Shown here one piece after another: positions 12,600 through 22,109 of a DNA stretch of 64,000 bases; the first letter of the stretch is position 1, and every line of letters starts with the position of its first letter. The stretch spans positions 48,918,001 to 48,982,000 of the forward strand of contig CM114271.1 in NCBI GenBank assembly GCA_050084515.1, written 5' to 3'. The notes under the pieces are model-generated. The model was not told the origin of the DNA. It did not search any database and worked only from the letters and a program-made list of their open reading frames with translations. The translations under genes and the position numbers were made by a program. This DNA is from Blasia pusilla. Its lineage: Eukaryota.

Positions 12600-14100
12600 A
12601 TACCCAAACCCGTGTTTTCAGAACTAGAGTTCCCAAATCCAATCGTTGGCATGTATGCCTACTACCTCACAATGGGAACTATAGATCCAATTCTCAAAAA
12701 GAGAAGGAGGATCAATCGGAACTCAGGTTCCGGTTCTAGACACGAGGACTGAGCCCGAACGGGTGCTTTCGGAAGTGTAGTTCCCAAATGAGATCGCCGT
12801 CCTCCGTCCCGGTTTCCTCACCATCAAAACCCTAGATCCAATCTCAAAATGAGAAGGAGGATCAATCAGAACTCAGGTTTCTGGTTCCAAAGACGGGAGT
12901 CCCTACCTAAACGAGGCCTTTCGAAATTGTAGTTCCCAAATCAAATCGCAACTCAGATTTTGGTTCCAGACTCAACAACTGAGCCCAAATGCCTGCTTTC
13001 GGAACTAGAGATCCAGTTCTCAAATGAGATCGCGGCCCTCCTTATCTGATTCCTCACTATTGAAAGTAGAGATCCCGTTCTCGAAATGAGAACGAGGATG
13101 AATCCGAACTCAAGTTCCGGTTCTTCTAATGACAACTGAGCTCAAATGGATGCTTTAGGAACTCTAGTTCCCAAATGAGTTCGCCATCCTCCTTCCCGAC
13201 ATCCTCACCATCAAAACCCTACATCGAGTTCTCAAAACTAGATGGAGAATCAATCGGAACTCAGGTTCCGATTCCACAGAGGACAAGTGAGCCCAAACCG
13301 TTGCTTTTGGAACTGTAGTTCCCAAATCAAATCGCCGACCTCTTCCCTTGCTACCTCACCATCGGAACTCTATATCTACTTCTCAAAACGAGAAGAAGGA
13401 TGAATTGGAACTCAGGTTCAAGTTCTAGCCTTGACAACTGAGCCGAAACAGGATTAGGATTTAGGGTTTAGGGTACGATTTCTTTCAGAAATATAGTTCC
13501 CAAATGAGATCGTGGGCCTCCTTATTGGATTCCTCGCTATCGGCACTAGAGATCCCATTCTCAAAATGAGAAGTAGGATCAATCAGAACTCAGGTTCCTG
13601 ACACGACAATTGAGCCCGAAATGGGCGCGTTTAGAGCTGTACTTCACAAGTTGATATTGCAGGCCTCCTTCCCGACTTCCACACCATCGAAACTATAGAT
13701 CCACTTCTCAAAATGAGAAGGAGGATGAATCGGAACTCACGTTTCGATTCCATAGACGAGAGTCTATATGTGAAGTTCCCAAATGAGTTCCCCGTCCTCC
13801 TTCCCTGCTTCCTCACGATCGCAACTCTACATCCAGTTCTCAAAATTAGAAGGAAGAGCAATTGGAACTCAGGTTCCGGTTCTAGAGATGGGAGTCCCTA
13901 CCTAAACCATGGCTTTCAGGACTGTATTTCCCAAATCAAATCTCTGGCCTCTTTCCTTACTTCCTCACCATCAAAAGTAAAGATCCAGTTCTCGAAATGA
14001 GTAGGAGAATCAATCAAAACTTCCGTTCCGGTTCCAAAAAATGATAAGGGAGCCCTAAACTAGGGCATATGGAATTGAAGTTTCTAAATCAAATCGTTGG
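12600..14100. repeat. Diverged tandem array, ~151-bp unit, about 10 units
   Basis: The anchor GTTCCCAAAT or a variant recurs at ~12629, 12780, 12932, 13016, 13167, 13318, 13496, 13641, 13775, 13927 and 14080. Most units also carry TCTCAAAATGAGAAGGAGGATCAATCGGAACTCAGGTTCC variants. Confidence 0.92.
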
Positions 14101-14995
14101 AACTGTTCCCTCTAGTGCTAGAAATGAGAACAAGAAACTAGGCCTTACTACTCGGAAATGGAGTCCAAAAAATACTTTGCGAGACCTCTAAGGAGCTATC
14201 TGGATGGGCATGATACTAGTCTGGATGTGCGCTTCATATGCCAAGCGCATTGGATTTTCAAATCAGTTATATGACTTGAGCAATAGGAATGTTAGAACCT
14301 CCTTGTATTCCCTTTACGAATATCAAAATACAATGCCAAGGCTTTCGGCGCGTTGCACGCCGAATACACATTGAATCAAGCCTGGCAAAGACGTCGTTCT
14401 CTATCATAAACCTTAACAAGTGATCTTCCTTTAGGCTCGGAAGTCATAGTATCTGAAACCCCCCGAGAGGCATTTTCTATCCTGCCGCAATTGACATCAG
14501 AATGAACTCCTATTGAACTCCATCGCAGACCAGATCGACAACAACACAAGTGTTGCATTCGGAAGGAGAAGAAAAAGAACCTCATGATTATAATTTCGTG
14601 TCGACCTACAAAAGATCCACAACCTGGCGCTCACATTCTCCCCTCACGTGCAGAGCAAGCGCTCTGCACCTTCGGTGCATTGAGATCGATAGCAAAAAAA
14701 TAATCTGGGAAAACATTGCTACTCATACTTGTCATTCATGACAGACTCGATGTTCGACTAGCGGTCCAGATTAGATCCATGTCAGCACGCCTACGTTACT
14801 TAGCCTAATACTCGCATTCATTTCAAATTCAAATTTGGATGTCATAGATTCAAGATCCATGTTAGGAAAAGATATTGCGCGTTAGATCAAAACCGCATAT
14901 GTCGAAATCATCCGAGCCACTCCCCAATTAGTTATGAAAACCAATGGTTGAGATTGACGAAAGGGCACGGATCGATCACCTCAAACTGACTTCAC

Positions 14996-15074
14996 TTGGA
15001 ATCCTATATAATCCTGGCTCATTCTATTAGAATGGTTTTCTAATGGAATGAGCGAGGATTACATAGTATTCCAA
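14996..15074. repeat. Near-perfect inverted repeat (37-bp arms, 5-nt loop)
   Basis: TTGGAATCCTATATAATCCTGGCTCATTCTATTAGAA-tggtt-TTCTAATGGAATGAGCGAGGATTACATAGTATTCCAA; 33 of 37 positions are complementary. Confidence 0.9.
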
Positions 15075-15659
15075 CCCAACCTCGTGAGCCCAGTCTCCCA
15101 ACGTCCTCTGTCCCTCCCCAACCATTCTCTTCAATCCATAAGGGCACTATATCACATGATCACATTCGTAACCATAGTCTAGAGACGTCAAGCCTCCACA
15201 TATCGTAAGCTTATGAATTGAACCTCTAGACGCGCTCTACACATAAGTCCTCTATTTTTTCCTCCGGGCCATCTTTCCTTTCATAATCCATTCCACTTAG
15301 GGTCTCTAACCACACACATTGGTAAAATAATGAGGGCCTCCGCTAGTCCAACAAATCAATTTTTGACTTCAAAACTTGATTCATCATCGTTGCTCGATAA
15401 GCAGATCACTTTGATACAGAGTCGAATCACCTTCAAATAATCTTGTAAGTGTGACGCAAACTCCGTAATTTGTGATTTCCAGTACTATTTTTGGAATCGG
15501 TTTATAGAGGTGACCATAAAACCGGAAAAATACCAAGGATATTTTTCCGATTGATACTATAGATCCGAATGTGTCAAGCTAACGTCCACCTTAGAAAGTC
15601 AATTGAGAGTTTGCCAACCGGGTGGCGAGTTGTCCATCTCCGACTTACGCGGAAAGGCG

Positions 15660-16680
15660 CCTGATATTCTTTCAAATGGGATCTTAAGATCCGTTTGAAG
15701 ATCATCAAAGTTCCAATCAGACTTGCTCTTCCTCATCCCGATTGGAAGGTCATTCGGAACTACAGTTCCCAATCACCTCCAGGACTTGGACTTGATCTTA
15801 AGGTCCAATTCACCCACAGTCCCGTGACCCTTCGATCGGATCTAAAGATCCGAATCTAGGGCATTTGGCCCGTTGGAAGGTCATTCGGAACTACAGTTCC
15901 CAATCACCTCCAGGTGAGAGAATGTTGGCCTTCGGGCTCGAAAAATCTCTCCTCTATTTACTAGGAACATTCAGAACTATAGTTCCAATCGGAGAACTAT
16001 GCTAGAGGCTGACGCTTTTCTCTGCTTAAGAGTGGACCTTAAGATCCATCCTTCCCGACGGGATCTTGAGATTCAATTCGCCCTTTGTCCTGTGATACTT
16101 ATATCGGATCTTAGGATCCAATTCATGGTCATTTGGGCATCCGCATGCTTGCCAGCGGACAGTCCATATTTATTCTTAACAGATATCTCACAATTCGTAG
16201 AATCGCAATAGATGCGCAAAGGAGTTGTTTTCAATTCCCTGATGACTTCATAAGGGGGCTGCCTCCTCGCAGCAATCGGGACCAGAGTTCCAATCAGACT
16301 TGCCCTTTCTCATCGTGATTGGATCTTAAAGTCCAATTCACCCACAATCTAGTGACCCTTTGATCAGATCTTAAGATCCAAATCTAGGGCATTCGACCCT
16401 CTGCGTGCCTGCCAGCGGAACCTTCCAATATCGCTGGAAGTTGTGTGTAGAGGCGCCTGATGTTTTTTTGAATGGGATCGCAACATCCGTTGGGAAGGTC
16501 ATTCAGAACTAGAGTTCCCAATTACCTCCAAGTAAGAGAATGCTGGTGCAAAGCAAGTTATGTTGAACTTTCTACTGACTTTATTATATGGATGGTACAT
16601 CTCCACATTCTGAACCAGAGTTCCAATCAGACACACCCTGCAAGTTGCCACTCTTCCCGAAGGTCCAATTTTCCCTGTGC
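15660..16680. repeat. Second, patchwork repeat array
   Basis: There is an exact 42-bp duplication (15742-15783 and 15873-15914). GAACT-NN-AGTTCC(C)AAT and GATCTTAAGATCC variants recur, with a perfect 14-bp palindrome at 15679-15692. Confidence 0.8.
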
Positions 16681-16777
16681 AATGAGATGATTACAGTTCT
16701 GTTCCACTTTCCATTTGGAGTATGTCTAACAATTAATTTCCATTTCGATGTTATGGTGCACATCTCAAATTTCTACA

Positions 16778-19700
16778 ATGGAATTCTGCATCGGTGATGT
16801 AGTGTATGTACAAGATGGATCATCCATCTATGTTGGAAGAGCTAGAATCATGGAGACCAATTCCGAGAGAATAGTCCACAACATACCACTTGGTAAGGAC
16901 TCCTTGTACATGTCTATGGAGGAAGTCTTCGGAAGTTCAACAAGCACTTACAATGGGGAATCTCTGTCCGGTTTCATTGGAGCATTCATCACATGGCCTC
17001 GTAATGGAGTTACAACAACTAATACATGTGGTGGACATGAGGATGTGGAAGGAGAGCCTCGTTGCCCCAAAAGATTCGAAGGGATTAGAGCTTCTTATTG
17101 GTTCAAGGCGTGTTGTCGGAAGCTTTGATTCACATGAGATCCAGCCTATTTCCTTCTTTGATGACCAACGGCAACCGTGGATGTGCGTAACAGTTGATGA
17201 GTCATACTACGAACCAGCTACCCACCGGATGGAAGAAGGCTACAAGATATGCTAGGAATGTTAGCAAAATATCCCAGATATCTGATTACAGAAAAATACA
17301 ATGATATCATGGATATTAGGAAGAGGAAGCACTCAACGTGCAATACCTCCACCGACGTACAAGTTGCGGTTCCCATGATTGGTCGTATGGAATCATTCCT
17401 TTTACCAGTGCAACTTATAGAGAACGATGGATGTCTAAATATCGGAGAGGGAATTGTTCACTACGTCAATCCAAACGACAAAGTTGATGGTCAAAGACTG
17501 GGGGATCACCAGATTGGCGTATTCATTACCAACATCACAAGCCGTCTTACACGCCACAAGGTTCTTGAAAGGAACTTAGTCATATGGCCTACGACATCTT
17601 GAAGAGACTTGTGGACATGCTACTTGGAGTGTTCAACCGTGTCTTGAGGGGCCGTTGAAGCAATAACAGGCAAGAGGAAGAGAGCTTACACGTACACTTA
17701 TGGGCGTAAAAAGCGATGTCTACCAGGAGCTACCAAAACGAACAAAAAGCTAACAGAGGAAGATATATCACAAGTGGAGTCGAAATTTTTTTGGGGACAA
17801 TTCTGTTGCCAATATACGCCGAGAGATGTTGTTTGTTCAAGCAGAGAGAAGTATTGGAACAAATCCTTTCAGCAAAGAAGGGAATCATTCCACGCCATGG
17901 TCCATTCGTCTTACTTCATTGACGGACAAAGGGTTGTGCAATTGGAAGGTAGAACGGTGTGCCTTCCAGATTGGCGACAGATTCATGGTCTTGGAAAAAT
18001 GAGTTTCGAGGATGAAGTAAGAAATTTCAGAGATGGCAAGACGCGGACAGGGCATGGGAACTTGGGAAGAAATTGCATAACCCAGAGGACGGCGCAAGCG
18101 ACGGAAAAAATCAAGCTGATAATTGAGAATACTGGAGATCGGATGCCCCATAAGGAAAGAACAATGTTAGACGGGAGAAGAGAGGAATTGATTTGGTTGC
18201 CTCAAATTTTCTCCTGGAAGTAAGTATATACGAGAAGTAGTCGACAAGGAAGGGGGGAAATTGGGATTAGCGGGAGTCTCACAATCAACTATCAGTCAAA
18301 TCAAAAAACAATATTTCTCCAATCTTGCTATTCATAAATCAGGTGATAACTTTTCTTGCTGTGCGACATGTGCAATACTGAAGTTTCTAGGAAATACTGC
18401 ATCAACAAACAAGGAGAAGGCTGTTGTTAAGGAACAAGCAGTCGAAGATGATGATCTGCAAAGGTCTCACATGAGTTTATATTACACTTGGCGAGCAGAA
18501 TCCGTGCACCATCCCGAGTCTTATCTTTGCCTAATCCACGACAAAATGGATAGTTTCAAAACAGGTTTGCCAAGAGCGTAGCAACAAACCAAAGATTTGG
18601 CTCTGGCTCAACTGTTTCCAATTACTTTTACAGGTAAATATTGCGGAATAACACTCCATTGTACTAGAAAATGATTTAGGGTACATGTGACAGTTAGCAA
18701 GTTTGTAGGGCTATCTTGATCCACTTCACATAATAGGACTTAAGTTCCCATTTTTAATCCACACCAAAAACTGTTTCCTAAGGAGAAAGAGATCGGTCTA
18801 TGCTTGATCCATTAATCAAAACTGAAGTTCTCATGGGGCGTTACAGTTCTTACATTTTTTTCCCTAATGGAACTTGCAGACGCATGTGGTACTTGCTGCA
18901 CGTACCTATTTTGGAGATATGGTACCTTCTTTAGGTACTTGAATGTTAAGTTCAATTAACTTTTACTGACTCTATTTCTTATTGCAGGTATCTTGACTCA
19001 TGGGCATGGACCGTGTGCAATTGCTCAATTTGACATAAGAGTCTACAAGCATGGATCTAATTTGACAATTGGATCATTGGCAAAGTTGTTTCCGAGTTTG
19101 GAAAACCCCCGCGGTGAAATACAAGAATTCTTGGACGGGCCCGATCTAACTCCACTTCACAGTTGATTCTTAAAAGGGAAGGAAAAGCTTGATGGATTAC
19201 TCTGTGCAGCCTATAGGCTCACGGAGTCTGCCGAAGAGGGACCAAGGAAGCTGCCTAAGATTCTGAATCTACAAATGAACAACTCTGGAAAAGATAACAA
19301 AAATATTTACGTCATGGCGTATTTGGCCCTTCTTGTTCACAAGGAGGTATTCGAAGAGATTCACTTGGCTTTTCTCATCCCGGGGCACACTCACGAAGAT
19401 GTTGATGCTATAACAAGCAAGTTCTCGAGAACTTTGCGGTGACACAATGCATACACCCTGAAAGATCTTGCGACAAATTTTTTTAACTCCACCTCATTGA
19501 ATCCAGCACCACAAGTGGTTCAGGACATTCTCGACTTCAAGGAGTACTTGAAAGGTTTCATCCTAAGACAAAAAATTAGTGGTATGGACTGCAGAAGCCA
19601 GGTCGATTCCGATTTACTAGATCTCCAGATGGTATGCCCATCAGGCATTACAAGATGTATGGTTTCGATAAAGAGTGGCTATCGAATGAGCATGGTTATG

Positions 19701-20562
19701 ACGTATTTTTACGTGATGAAATTACTGGACATTCTCTTGTCCCTATTGGGAATCCAAAGCGCTTATTACCCACATCCTTGAAGGCATGTTCCGATGTGAA
19801 GAAAGGTGTATCTCAGTACATTGAGTACTCTGATAAGATGGAAAGCAAGTCTCCTGATGGCACAAAGGTGGATTGCCAACAACTAGCACAACAGTGGAGG
19901 AAGACGATCGAGGAATTGGACCTCAAAACTTGCGATTAAATCACAAACCAGTGGCAAATGAAGATTCTTCTACCAATAATATGACCAGTTTGATAGCCCA
20001 TAACATCGCTTCATCGTTCTCTGAAATATTGGAAGATTTTTGGCCTCTAAGCAAACAGAACACTCAAGTTCCTATTGTCTTTGGAAGTGGAATTCCTCCA
20101 AATTGAGATCACTACTGTGGGCCCACTAGATTCAGGCGTGGAGTTGATATGTTATCAATGGAGGAAAGAGAAGTTGCATTGGTAGATTTCAATGTTGGAG
20201 ACTTTGTCATAATTAGACTAGGACAAGAAAGAAACAAATATCCTATATGGATGGGATAAGTTCTAGTTAGAGTTGGTGAAGATACAAATTTCAGAATTCA
20301 GTATTGGTGGCCATTGAATACATTCGGAAGAGGGAACATAGCCCCAAGTAGGAGATATCAAAATTGGGATGTAAAAAAAAGGGAGAAAAAAAGTAGTGAA
20401 AAACCAATGTTGTCTCAACATGACTCAGTTATAGCGTCTTTCACTTATTTTACATATGCAATAGAGGGTGGACTAGTGAGTATCCTTATTAACGTGGCTA
20501 ATTTTGTAAAGTCCAGAATAACTTTTGGCACTAACCTAGTATTAGAAGATAGAGATGACTAG
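16778..20562 (+). mobile_element. Pseudogenised DDD-type DNA transposase (Sola-like), with one intron at 18634-18987
   Basis: Motifs appear in order across frameshifts and stops: FSCCATC, CLIHDKMD, PITFTG|ILTHGHG (spliced), LNLQMNNSGKDNKN (DN>NN), FLIPGHTHEDVD, then a C-terminal GDFVIIR..YPIWMG..IQYWWP region. In-frame stops occur at 18579 and 19440. Confidence 0.72.
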
Positions 20563-20859
20563 TAACAACAACATATGCCCGTGTTATAATTTAATGTACT
20601 GCTATTGAGAGTCATCACTTCATTTTATAAAGATTCTTTACATTTCTACATATGATATGTCATTGAGATTATTGAATAAAATTGTTTTGTAGAAGCTTTA
20701 ACAATTGGAATCGAATTGCATGTTCTTCCCATTTTAAATTTTATTATTTAGTATCGTGCTCCAACTTGCACCATGTAGTTTAATTCATCCATTTGGACTT
20801 TAGATGAAGGGGGTTTCCCTAAGTAAGACTACACTCTATATCATAGTAACTCCCAAGCC

Positions 20860-21208
20860 AAAAGCCCTAACTTTGAGCTATAAACCCTAAACTCAAGCCC
20901 AAAAACCCTACACCCTAACCCCCAAGCCAAACACTCTAAATACTAAGCCTAAAACCCTAAAATTTAACCCCTAAGCAAAAAACCCTAAACCAAACAATCA
21001 CCCTAAACCATAAAATATAAGCAATAAATCCTAAACCCTAGGCAAAAAACCTTAAACCCTAACCCCTAAGCCAAAAACCCTAACCCCTAACCCAAAAATT
21101 CTAAACACTAGGCCGAAAACCCTTAACCTTAACCCCTAAGAAAAAAACCCTAAACCCTAATTTAAAACCAAACACCCTAAAACCTAAGCAATAAATCCTA
21201 AACCCTAG
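20860..21208. repeat. Degenerate interstitial telomere-like tract (CCCTAAA/CCCTAA)
   Basis: About 350 bp made almost entirely of AAACCCTA, ACCCTAA and CCCCTAAGC variants. Confidence 0.88.
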
Positions 21209-22109
21209 ACTCAACGTAGATGTGAATGGAGATGTGAACCACCTTAATAATAAGGCTTGGATTCACTCCATTTCATCGTAGTATTTGTCTACTAACCTTC
21301 CGTATTCTCCCTTGATATTAAAATTTACTTTACTATTAATTATTTCTATCCATTTATTCTCCTATCCATTTTCTTATGCTTACCCCTCTCAATATATTTT
21401 TTCTAATGTCTTAATATTTAGCCATAATTTTTACTCTCTTATCCTACTAGCATGTAGCCATGCATGGGAATTAAGATTAATCATGTTTAAATTTTTTTTT
21501 CTTGTAGACGAAGAAACATTTTTTTTCTCTCGGTTGTTATACATAAAGCAAAGAGGTATTTGCATTCTCCAATAATAATAAAAATATAATATTTTTTTCC
21601 AATTTAGTAAGAAATTTAATTTTCCTCTCGTCAATATAAAAAATAAAAACCACTGTCGCATATTGGTTTCAGTGTGTCCCATAAAAGAAATTACTAATTT
21701 TTTTTACAAATGCTAGGCCCTTAGTATATAATAAATAACTTGTCTTCTTCCTGTGACCGGATGGCTCCCGCTGAGTCCCACCAAAGTGTAGTTGCCGCAC
21801 ACGTGGCGTTGAGGAAACCTCGAAATAAGCGGAGTCGTGAAATTCAGCGTAAGTGGGCAAAATCGCTTTCCTTGTATTCGCCATTGTTCTTGCCATAGTC
21901 GATTGCGTGTGGATTCTCTGCTCTGACTCCAAATTTCCAATCTCCCCATCCACGAAAGGAACGCCCACATTACTCTTTCTGATTCGCTCTAATCAAGGCT
22001 CAAATAGTTCCCTGCAATCCGCCCCGGGTTTAGATTGGTAGTTTTGAGTTCTTGCACGAGAACGCTTGTCTCGATACTGAATGAAGCTTTGACCTTACTC
22101 TTTCCGCGA

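Noticed and set aside
12600-14100. CRISPR-like appearance of regularly spaced repeats
   Set aside because: Whole units are homologous with no unique spacers, there are no cas genes, and the context is eukaryotic. It is a tandem repeat.
15758-15772. ACTACAGTTCCCA resembles the animal ZNF143/Staf motif
   Set aside because: That factor is metazoan, so the resemblance is likely coincidental in a plant repeat.
10195-21270. TGGAGTG / CACTCCA as TIRs of the composite element
   Set aside because: Only 7 bp match and there is no TSD, which is expected by chance.
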